Shown in pieces: positions 41,909-54,600 of a stretch of 64,000 nucleotides of DNA. The notes under the pieces were generated by a model. The model saw nothing but the letters and a program-made list of their open reading frames with translations, ran no database searches and was not told where the DNA came from. The translations under genes were made by a program, and so were the position numbers. How positions within the stretch are numbered: the stretch's first letter is position 1; each line of letters starts with the position of its first letter. The DNA is from Octopus sinensis (lineage: Eukaryota): the NCBI RefSeq assembly GCF_006345805.1, contig NC_042999.1, forward strand, positions 168,020,001 through 168,084,000, given 5' to 3'.

Positions 41909-44900
41909 TACGACAGGCTTCTTTCAGTTTCCGTCTACCAAATCCACTCACAAGGCATTGGTTGGCCCGGGGCTATAGCAGAAGACACTTGCCCAAGATG
42001 CCACGTAGTGGGACTGAACCCGGAACCATGTGGTTGGTTAGCAAGCTACTTACCACACAGCCACTCCTGCGCCTATATATAATATATATATATAATCAAG
42101 TATATCATCATTTCCTAGCCATCTTTCTCAGCTAGCATTGGTTGGACAGGTCTAATTGTGAAGACAGCATTTTTACTTCAGAAGCCCTTCCTATTGCCAA
42201 CCCTTCTGGCACCTCGTGTAACACAGTACAATACAATACATTTTTTCTAAAACTAAGATATACACTCATAAAATATCACAAAGTAAGACAGAAATCAAAA
42301 GTTTGTAATATGTAAAGTAGTAAATATATCAAGCTGAAATTAACCCCAGAATTTAAAAAAAGTCACTAAAGCATTTTCATTCAAGTAACTTTCAACAGTA
42401 AATAAATATTAAATAAGGTCAGACAAAACTTCTAACTAGACAGAAGAATTCCATAAGTCATTTTATATTTATACATTGATGAAGACATTGAAAATTTAAG
42501 AGTTAATGCAATGAAAAACAAAACAGGTATGATTTGCTGAAGGCCAGAGAAATGAGAAAATGGTTGTTTATAGAAACATAACCAAGTATCTTCTCTATAG
42601 CAACACACCCATTACTGGCCTCAATCTTGATCACTCTCTCTCTCTCTCTCTTCCTTCTTCTCTCTGACTGGGTAACCACATATTTCCTCTACATCAAGAC
42701 ACCTGTTTCTGTCTCTCTGTCATACTCTAACCTTTCATCATCTGGCCTAAAATCACCCCCAATGCCACACACCCTCTCAAAGGATCTTTGTCTTGCAAGT
42801 TACGTGGTGACCCTGCCAGTGCTGGTGCCACTTAAAGAGCATCCAGTCCACACTGTAAATTGGTTGGCGTTTGGAAGGGCATCCGCTGTAAAAAACCATG
42901 CCAAAACTGACCTTGCTTGTATTGGTGCCATGTAAAACGCACTCAGTCCACTCTATGGAGTGGTTGGTGTTAGGAAGGGCATCCAGTCATAAAAGCCATG
43001 CCAAAACAGACAGCAAAGTATGGTGCAGTCATCTGCCTAACCAGCTCCGGTCAAACTTTCAACCCATGCCAGCATGGAAAGTGGACATTAAATGATGATG
43101 ATGAACAAATGGTCTAAACCAGTGCTTCTCAACCTGGGTCCATATGACCCTTGGAGGTCCAGATATGATTTTGTTGTTTACATTTATGTGCCATAAAATT
43201 GGTTATACTTCTGCAATACACAAAACCTTTCATACAATTCCTAATGATATCTTTATATATAAAAGTGAAGTTGTCTGTCTGTCTCCTACGATTTAGATTC
43301 CTAACTACTCCCACATTTTGCAGTGCAGTTTAACCAATACCGGGTATTTTATAGTCGTGATTCATATCGAGCCCTTCTGGGTATTAGCACGCGTCTACGA
43401 TGAGTCTACGATTTAAAAAAAAATTTACCATCATCTTTTTCCATTTTAATGCATTTTTTCGCTATTATATAAGGGAAGTAACTCTCTAAAAATGTTTACG
43501 ATGAGTCAACGATTTAAAAAAAAATTTATCATAATTTTTTTTCCATTTTTAATGCATTTTTTTGCTATTTTTTGGCTATAACTCTAAAAATACTTATAAA
43601 GTTATTTCCCTTACAAACCCGAGCAACGCCGGGCGATACTGCTAGTTTTATTATAAAAATATGATAGAACTTCTTTTAAACATCAATTTGCTATGGTGTC
43701 CAGTTAAGTAAAATAGGAATCAAAGGGGTCCACAGGGAAACAATGGTTGAGGAACTACTGGTCTAAACAAGAATGTATCATGTGATAAGAATGAATTACA
43801 TGTGCTGGTCTCTGATCATTCAGACTGCTACAGCAACAAACCGTTTCTATCTTGCAGCTTGTGGTCTTACAGTCTTATTCCCACACGGCACCAAACTGGT
43901 ATGTGTATTAGATCCGCAAACATGGCAGATCTTCAAAAGATAGGGGAATAGTGCCTAAAGATAAACACCTCTCAAAAAAGCATATGACCATGTGCAATGG
44001 GACATACAGTGGAGAGTTTCTCAGGAGTCTGGAATTAAAGGGCAACTTCTGGTTGCTGAAAAGTCGCTATACAAATGCCAAGATGTTTATACTTGAGTAA
44101 ATGGTGCTAAGTGAAAGCTTTTTAACTGGGTGATTGGACTTTGGCAGGGGTGCTTACTGTCACCTGTCCTTTTTTGTAATTTTGATGAAATTAAAATTGA
44201 CATGCACAGCTGTTGTGGAAATGGTACCACAATCAGTGGGTGTAGGATCAGTTGGCTCATATTCACAAATGACATGCTACTGTAGCACTGTATTTGGTTC
44301 ATCCGAAGGTGATCTCCACAGGCACTGTATGGCTTTGCTGCTAAGCAAGGATGTGAATTAGTCTTGTGAATACTGCAACATTGGTCCTCTCAAAAAAGTC
44401 TTCCCAATACACTTTGCATGTTAGTTGAACATCATTGAGACAGGTTGAAAAATTTAAGTAACTTGGGGCCGTATGATAAGAAACAGGAGGCAGAAATGGA
44501 TGTTAGAATTGTAGGTGCTGGTACCGTAATGCATCAGCTCCAGAATTTGATTCTCAGAAGAGGAGAGATTAATAAAAAAGCCAAACTTTCTGTCCTCAAT
44601 TCAGTTTGCATGGCTATCCTATGATTATGAATGCTGGATAACAACTGAAAGAGAATGATCATGAATAAAGTGGCTGAAATGGGGTTCCTCCAAAGGATCC
44701 CTGGAGTAATGTTATTCAATAGAATGCATAGCTCAGAGATCAGGAGTCTCTTCAGGTCAAGCTTCTACTTCACTGCATGAGAGTCGAGTACTAAGGACAC
44801 GTGAGTAGAAGGTTGTAAGAAAGAATTGCAAGACAAGGCAAATGCTTTTAGTTGTGCCAATTGACAGAACATCTAAGGGTAGACTAAGAATGAGATCACT

Positions 44901-47900
44901 TGATAAGGTCATCTCTATAGATTTTCTTATAGAAATTATAGCCAACAGTAATTTGTTATGATGTTTCATATCTGAATATGTCTAATGTAAACAACAAAGA
45001 TGGAAAAATGGGTAATGGGTGTGCATGCCATATTTCAAGAGTTCTTGTTCCTTTTTTAGCACCATATCCAACCCATTAACCATCCATGAACTCTAAATAG
45101 CCACTAAATATAGCAATGTAACATTATTGGTGCTAATGAAGGAGCAAGAACTCTGGAAATATGCATATTCTGTTTTTCCAGCTTCAACCACATTGTTGTT
45201 TACATTAGGCATATTCAGATAAGAAACATCATAACAAATCAGTGTTGGCTATAACTTCTATAGAAAATCTGCAGAGATAAACTTAAAAAAAAAATCATGT
45301 AATAGCACTGATAACACAGTAGGACACAATATTGACTTATAAAGCATTTAACATACTTTGTAGTATATTATGGTTGCATAACAAAATATGGTGTCTCTAA
45401 AAGCCATTAACAAGAATGAGATGGTTGGATAATTTCTATATTCCCAGTTGGTCACATTTGGGAAGCCAACCAGAAAGCATAATGACAACTGCTTCTGACA
45501 GGATCCGATACAGGAGGTGCCTGAGGAGTCTCCCCTCACAATCCTTCTAGGCATAGTGGGCAGAGACGGAGGCACAATGGCCCAGTGGTTAGGGCAGCGG
45601 ACTTGCGGTCGTAGGATCGTGGTTTCAATTCCCAGACCGGGCGTTGTGAGTGTTTATTGAGCGAAAACACCTAAAACTCCACGAGGCTCCGGCAGGGGAT
45701 GGTGGTGATCCCTGCTGTACTCTTTCACTACAACTTTCTTTCACTCTTACTTCCTGTTTCTGTTGTACCTGTATTTCAAAGGGCCGGCCTTGTCACTCTC
45801 TGTGTCACGCTGAATATCCCCGAGAACTACGTTAAGGGTACACGTGTCTGTGGCGTGCTCAGCCACTTACACGTTAATTTCACGAGCAGGCTGTTCCGTT
45901 GATTCGGATCAACTGGAACCCTCGTCGTCGTAACCGACGGAGTGCTTCCACAGTGGGTAGAGAAGATGGATGGCTGAATAGAATAGAAAAGAACTGAGAA
46001 CATAAAACAATAAGAAACTCACGCATTAAAGTCATTAAGAGTAAACTGTTGTGAACAAAACCGCAGATAACAGTCTTTGTAAAACCACACAGTAAGTGGA
46101 TTCCAATCTGTGATTAAAAACCATTGCCTAATGTCAAACTTGCAATTATAAATCAGTAAAGGCCGTTCTGGAAATAAAAATATTTAATATTATCTCTTGG
46201 TTATTACAGACAAATTTATGTTAAAAACAAAGTTAATTTATAAATAAATGAATGAGTATCAGTATGTGTGTTGAGGACTGTTAACAATTATTTGCCAATT
46301 TCCTTAACCCTTTAGCATTCAGATTACTCTGTCAAAGGTAATGCTTATTTATTCAAATTAATTTGAATTAATCAATACCTCATCTTGAAGCTCCAAGATC
46401 TAAATGATGTGACTGAATATTTTTAGAATGATATTGTAGGGTAGGTGTGAGTGACTAAATACGGCAGGTTTGAACATAAAACATGTAGAACATATGGTCC
46501 AGACATGGTCAGTTTAAATGTTCAAGGGTTAATTAATTATTTGCCAATTTCCTTTAGAAGGCTCTTCTGGAGTGTAGACTGCAGCAATAATTTGTGTTGA
46601 TGTATATTTATTATGTTTGCCTTGTTTGGTATCCAATACATTCTTCAAAGCAGCTGGCATTAGGAAGGGCATCCAGCCATAGAAATCCATGTCAAAACAG
46701 ACATTGGAGCTTGGCACAGTTCTCCAACTCATCAGATTGTCAAACCATCAAACCAATGCCAGCATGGAAGATAGACATTGAATGATGATGTTTTCATACA
46801 TCTGTTCTCATAATGTCATACAAATTTTCCTTATTTCACTAATTAACTTGCATTCTATAGAATTAGCCAATCATTGTTCTTTTCTTTTAGGAAACAGCAG
46901 GTATTTTAATTTATCCAGCAAATAGTTTGCAGCAAAGCCTCACGCACTGTATCATCATCATCATCATCGTTTAACATCCGTTTTCCATGCTAGCATGGGT
47001 TGGACGGTTCGACCGGGGATCTGGGAAGCCAGAAGGCTGCACCAGGCTCCAGTCTTATCTGGCAGTGTTTCTACAGCTGGATGCCCTTCCTAACGCCAAC
47101 CACTCCGTGAGTGTAGTGGGTGCTTTTTACGTGCCACCCGCACAGGTGCCAGGCGAGGCTGGCAACAGCCACGGTCGGATTGGTGTATTTTATGTGCCAC
47201 CGGCACGGAAGCCATATGAATGTGAATTTATAATAAAGATATGTATATGATAAAGATATATAATAAAGATATGTATATGATAAAGATATATAATAAAGAT
47301 ATGTATATGAATGTGAATTTATAATAAAGATACAAAAGCAAAAGGCTGCAATAAATTTCACTGCTGCAAAAATTTTAGAGGAAGATATTCTGTAAAAAGG
47401 TATACTGATGTTAGTTTTATCTTTCAAAAATCTGAATAATACTTTCATGTCTATGGCTGGCACCAGTGGTATTTCTACAAGAGCAAGACTTCTTTTAGAT
47501 AGAATTGCATGTTATGAATGCTTCAATAGAAATCAGATAGCTGATAAAGTTAATGTCTTCCACATGCATGATGCAACTCACAATTTTTATTACATTTTAA
47601 CATACTGGAGGCCTCCACCTTTTGCATTTGTCAAGTATCAGGCACTTAACTCCTCTTCCTAAATTATTACCACTAGCAAATCTACCCATCTATGATGGGA
47701 GCATAAAATGAAGGAGGGAAGTCACAACAGCGTTATGTATTGAGAAATGTGTAAATGGACTTGGATAGATTACTGGGTGATGTCTTAGAGAAATCACATT
47801 ACTGTTGGTGATGTAGCATTCTATTGCAGCTATATGATATGTGTTTGCGACTTAGCAACATGTGATGACAATTCACTCCCAAACTGAAATAGGCTCCCAG

Positions 47901-48578
47901 CCTCTGTATCATGAATAGTTATGTGAACCGCTCCTAACAAAAGCCAGAGCTTCCTTCGACCACTACATAAAAAGTATTGAGAAAAAACATTATTTAGATA
48001 TACTTTTATTTTAGTTGCTTACACTATTAAACACTTGTTTATACTATTATACATTCAAAGTTCACAAATTTCCTTATTTAAATTACGAATCCTATTCCTT
48101 TTGATAATATCAATATGATAACAAAACTTCTTTGTAGACGATATTTTCTACTTGGTCGACACTAATTTTCAAATTACTGGAGTCCATTGCTCAACTCATA
48201 GCAACATATAGCTGGCCTTGTGTAAACATTGGAGTGGGTAAAAATATATCTACATGATCTAAAGTTTGGCCCTGTGGCTTGTTTGCTGTGAATGTGCAAG
48301 CAGAATCTATAGGGTTGCAAAAAATCAAACTAAGACTTACCTCTCACTGTTCAATGCGAATAATGTCTGGATGTTCTGGTACCATGGATTATTTTGATTG
48401 ACAAAACAGAGATGTAAACAACATCCACTTCCTTATTTACATTATTTACATCCGACAGACATTTGTCCTCATCTTGTTTGTTGTTAACACAACGTTTCGG
48501 CTGATATACCCTCCAGCCTTCATCAGGTGTCTTGGGGAAATTTTGAACCTGGATTCTCATTCCTAAGGTATTTTTCGA

Positions 48579-48612
<34 letters not shown>

Positions 48613-51600
48613 GTTCAGGTCACTGCTTGGAATCAAACTCGGAATCTTGGGGTTAAGAGCGCGAGCTACTAACCCCAAGATTCCGAGTTCGATTCCAAGC
48701 AGTGACCTGAACAATAACAACAACAACAACAACAATAATAATAATAACATCGAAAATACCTTAGGAATGAGAACCCAGGTTTGAAATTTCCCCAAGACAC
48801 CCGAAGAAGGCTGGAGGGTATATCAGCTGAAACATTGTGTTAACAACAAACAAGATGAGGACAAATATCCGTCGAATGTAAATAATGTACATAATTCTTC
48901 ATCTCTTAAATATAGAACTGAACAGCCATTTCAATTAGCTGTTTTGAATCCTGCTCAAGACTGATACACTTCAATAACCACTAAATAACCACACATACTA
49001 TATACTGACACACACTTTTTCCATTATGTTTTTGCTATTAACCGTCCTCGGTTAATAAAAATGCAATGGTGATTTATCTATTCAAAAGTCGATATCCAGA
49101 AAATAATCATAATTTCTGATTTTTTAATGCTAAAATCCTTCCTGACAACCGTCTTTGTAATCCCCCAAAATATCATAATCATTGGTCCAGCCATCTGGCC
49201 ATGAAGAGGGAGCAGACAAAGAGACATAACACTCATGATGTGCCCTGTCCCACAGTTGTTTTTTGGTTTTTTCTTCAAATATATACAGCTTCTACCAGAT
49301 TGCTCCAGAAAGCTATCGCAACAGTTTTCTACTCTCTTGATTAATACCAAAGACACAAATGTTTTACTTTAGGTTAGAAAGCAGAGCTTGAAGTGTTCTT
49401 GCTTGCAAAAGCCAGTTCACCATAAAATATAAACTTTTTTCTGTGCCCAGTGTAAATAATGTTCAATGGTTTTTTTTTTAAATTTATATAATTTATATAT
49501 CCATGCAGTTTTTTTAGTGCAGGCCTTCATGTGTGATCCTTCCTGCTTTATGTAATTCAGACACCACTGCTATACTTAAGAATACTGAATACACCAACTG
49601 AGGTTCCAAAGTATCGAACTCAGTTCATTGTACAGAGTATAGTCTTGCACTGTGACACCATGCTGACAGTTTTAATTAGGCACATACCAAATTTGTAATT
49701 AGAGGTATGTGAAAAGTATGATCCTTAAAGCGCTATCACTGAGTGTATCACCTATACAGTATCATTAGCATGGAGAAGGAAAGACCAAGCAACCCATGAT
49801 TTTTGAGAGGGTGATGTAGTAAGCTGATGGGTTCAGGAAAGTATAAGACTGAGAGAAATGTGGAAACAAGAACAGGAGTCAAGACAATCCTATTTAAATA
49901 TAACTTAAACAGCCAGATTGGAGAAAATAGTACTTATTGTGCTGGAACAGTATAAACCAATTGTGACTGCAGACTAAATGAATTTAATAATGTAACATTA
50001 TGCAATAGGGTGGCAGTTTTTTAATACCTTTGCTCAATCAAGTGACCTCTGAACAACCCTTCTTTAACTTAGCAATCATAATTTAAAAAGGTTCTGGTCA
50101 TTAGTGACCCAGTTCATGTTTAATTTCTTAATATTCATTCATTAATATTCTTCATTTCTTAATATTCATCCGAGGCAGTGAGCTGGCAGAATCATTAGCA
50201 TGCCAGGCAAAATGCTTAGCAGCATTTTGTTCATCTTTACATTCTGTGTTCAAATTCCGCTAAGGTCAACTTTGCCTTTCTTCCTTTCGGGGTCAATAAA
50301 ATAGTACCAGTTGAGTACTGGAGTTGATGTAATCAACTTACCCCTTCCTCTGAAATTGCTGGCCTTGTGCCAATATTCTACCAGTTTAAAAGCATTGATA
50401 GTGAACTAGGGATAAGTATCTACTTAAGATATGCATTTGCTCTCCTTTCTTAGTATTACTGAACTACAAGACTGTTTCCTATAAGTTAAAATTGGTACAA
50501 TGATCCGAATTCTTTTGGATTAAAGACTATGCATTCATATGCAGAAGTTTATTACTTACCAATGTATTTTTGGATCACATATTTTGATTCCTTCTTTATC
50601 ACATTCCCTTCATCAATTTTTAAGATACTATCCAAATCATCATAACAACTTATACCTGAAAATTACAAAAACAATGTATTAGTTTATATCATTGTGGATG
50701 CTATAATGAAAGATATGAGCAGTGTAGGCAACTGCTATTTCCCAACCTCACTTTATATTTATAAATTTTGTTTCTATTAACTGTTACACTTTCTGATTTA
50801 GTCTGTCTTACTCAATATTTGTTTTCACTTTCTCCCAAATCTATTGCCAGTAAACATTAATCTACATTTCTCAACTCACTTTCCATCTGATGTTTATGCA
50901 ACCTCAGCATTTTCTCTCACAAGCATTCTTTAGTGGTTTAAATTATCAGTTGTCATCTTAGTTCATAATATAATAATAAATATTATTAGTAGTAGCCTAT
51001 TCAAACTTGATTCATTTCTTAGTCATGATATACAGCTGTTCAAAATCTTTTCCAGATGTTTCTTGCCTTCTACTTTCGCTGATCAGGTTCCTCTATGATA
51101 CATCATACTTAAAGTCAGTACATGTTTTGCTTTCCTCACTTGCTTATTGCTACTAAATCAGTCTTGATTTTGTATGCTTCATGTAAATAAATTATTGATA
51201 TACTTTGGGGAATAAATCAAAACAACTGATAGCTTTATCTGTATTTGTTTCCTAACATAATTTAACTTTATATCTATTTCTATTATGGAGTTTATTTATA
51301 GCTAGTAGTTGACTTGTTGTCAAAAAAAGCAAACAACATTGAACTATAAAAGTTAAACATACTCTAGTAATCTTTCCAGTGTAAAAATATTTTTACAATT
51401 TGATATTAAATAGATTCCAATGTTATATGGAACACAGGCTGAAGAATATTAAACACTGAATTTTCAGAAGCTATAAACAGAAAATCCCATCAAACTTCTC
51501 TTTTATTTCATCGATTTATTTATTTCCTTTTTAAAAGACAAATTAATTTTATCTTTTACTAGTTTTAGTGATTAGACTGCAGCCAAGCTGTGCCAACACC

Positions 51601-54600
51601 TTAAAGAATTTTAGGTGAATGAATTGACCCCACTACTTATTTTTTAAGCCTGCTATTGGTTTCTTTTGCTGAACCACTAAGTTATGGAGACATAAATACA
51701 CCAACACTGGTTGTCAAATGGTTGCAGGGGACAAAAACAGATACGAAGACATACACACACATATATATAAGCTAGGTCTCCTTCAATTTCCATCAACAAA
51801 ATTCACTCAAAAGGCTTTGGTTGGCTGAGGCTATAGTAGAAGACACTTGCTCAAAATGCCACACAGTGGAACGGAACCCAGAACCATGTGGTTGAGAAGT
51901 AAGCTTCTCACCACACAGCTATGCCTGTGCCTAGTCTACTGGTTAACATTCAGACAATTTTAAGCTTGTTTACAATGCTTTCTTTTTTTTTTTTTTTTGT
52001 TACCTAAATTCTGTAGCAGCAGATTAACAAATGTTCTTGATACTTTTTTTAAAATTTACATTAAAGTTTAACCCTGAGAAGCACATTCTCAAATCTGAAA
52101 ATACAAATACTTTTAAATTCACAAAAAAAAATTTTCAATATTTTCCCACTTTAGATCCTGCCTATCTTGGATTCGGAAATAACACAAAGAAGGTATTTCA
52201 AAAAAGCTATGAATGAAATTATACATGATTATAGAATATAACCAGAGAAACTATACATAGGTATATAACTACTTTTTTTAAAAATAGTTTTTTCTTTTCC
52301 TGAATTCCACTGAAGAAAATTCCAAATATTTATTTAATCCTTCACATGCTAGTAGAGAAACAAAAAAACCAAATCCTTTAATGATTGCATCCTCACCACT
52401 TTTACAACTGCTTTTTTCATGTTGGTATGGGTTGTATGAGAATTTTTGTGGTAGTACTCTACAAACAGATACCCTTCCTGTCAGCAATTCTTAATTTTTT
52501 TTTAAGAGACTTATTTTCTAGGTCTTCTGAATGACAAACAACTCAATGCTAGATATATTTTTATGGCAGACATAAAAAATTGCACCAAGTATGTAATATG
52601 AACTGCCTCGTTTTTACACAACATATAACCAATGTCAACACACACACACACACACACACTTATATGACAAGCTCCCATTTAGTTTCCATCTACCAATTTC
52701 ACTCACAATGCATTGATCAACTATAGGCTAGAGTAGAAGACACTTGTCCACAGTGTCATGCAACAAAACAACATGGTTGCAAAGTGAACTTGTTGAGTGG
52801 ACACGCAAGTGTGCTCATCATCATCATCATCATCATTTAATGTTTGTTTCCCATGCTCGTTGGTTGGACGTTTCGACTGAAACTGATAAATTGGAGAGCT
52901 GCAACAGGCTCTAGTGGCTTGGATGCCCTTCTTTTTGCCAACCACTCAAAAGAATGTACTGGGTGCCTTTTACAGGTCTCTGGCACTGGGCCACAACTAT
53001 GATTTCACTTCTAAAGCACAGTGAATCACCAAAAGTTTCAGTCATGTGTCATCGTCTTCATGAGACTCAAGACCCAAAGATCATATTTCACCACCTCATC
53101 CCACATTTTCCTGGGTCTACCTCTTCCACTGGGTCCCTCCACACTACTTCTAATGATAACACAGTGTAAATTTTAATTTTTTTGTCTTTGGTCAGTAAGT
53201 GTTATTTCCTATTTGGCTTTTGTGACCTGGACATCAATGTTTTAAAACTGACCTATTTTCAATTACATCTCAGACAGATTCAGTGCTGAGTTGCTGAAGC
53301 AGAAATATTGTTATAGCAAATATTCTGCTCAATACCACAGATTTGCTTGTCAGTTGCTTAACCTTAACAACTGGAGCATGTCCCTTAGTGGCTGACAATA
53401 CATGCATCTGTGATCATGAGCAGGAGTAGTGTGTAAGCATCATAGTCATGTGTTGAGAGAAATTCTTTGGGGGTTTGAATAAATGTAACAAAAGCAAAGT
53501 TTGAAGGAAACATTAGCCTTTTTTCGTACTTTCTAAGAGTAAGCAAATAGAAATTGACAGCTGCTATCCAAAAATTGTGTCACACTGTGTTATTAAATAT
53601 GAAATATATTATCTATTGTCTTGAAGGCTGAACTATTTTAATTTCACACGAGAACTTCTAATTTTGATGATCTGCTTTATGATTATGTTAGAATTAGTGT
53701 CTGTTCTACATTCATTTTTCTATAAGATGGGTAGAATATTCTATACTTGTATTTTTTCATCATTTGGATCTGTGTATTTTTTGATCTGTGAAATCTTTAA
53801 CCCTTTAGTGTTTGCATTATTCTGCCAAAATTAATTCTTTTTTATCCACATTGTTTTGAACTAATCATGCATTATCTTGTAGCTATGAGATTTTGATGAG
53901 GTAACTATTAATTTTTAAAACAATATTGTAGGGTTGGTGTGAGAGACCAGATCTGGCCAGTTTGAACATAAAACAGGCAGAATACTCTTGGCCGGATATG
54001 GCCGGTTTGAATGCTAAAGGGCTAATCCTTTTTTAGAACTTAAACCAGCTATATCCAGCAGAAAATATTCAACCTGTTTTACGTTCAAACCAACCAAATC
54101 TGACCTCTGACCTCTCCCACCTGCTCTAAAGTGTTATATTAAAAATAAACTATACATCATTGAAATGGAAAAGCTATGAGATGATGTATGATTAATTCAA
54201 AACAATGTGAATAAGCATTGTATTTGACAGAGTAATCTGAATGCTAAATGGCTAATAAGCTATTCCTATTTTTCAAAGACTGTGGTATAGATTTTCCCAA
54301 TGAAACAATAAATATGCAGATTTTAACTAGCAAATAACAATATAAAGTACAAAAATATAAGTTTACAAAAAATGTATAACTAACCTCTTCCTCGAGATTG
54401 GGCACCTGGTTTAAGGATCCATATATTGTGTTTGCCATCCAAATATAACTGAGGACACTGCAATCGAAGACGTTTTAAGGTGCTTTCACATAGGTTGGCT
54501 AAGGCTGGAGTCACACCTTCAATGGCTAAATCAGAACTAAAAACATTAATCACTATTTGAATGTAAAATTCATGGGATATGAAATTCTTATTATGAATGT

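Noticed and set aside
47408-47662. Non-repetitive ORFs on both strands (also 49078-49356)
   Set aside because: No motif or convincing splice signals, and they are not needed for the TTLL model.
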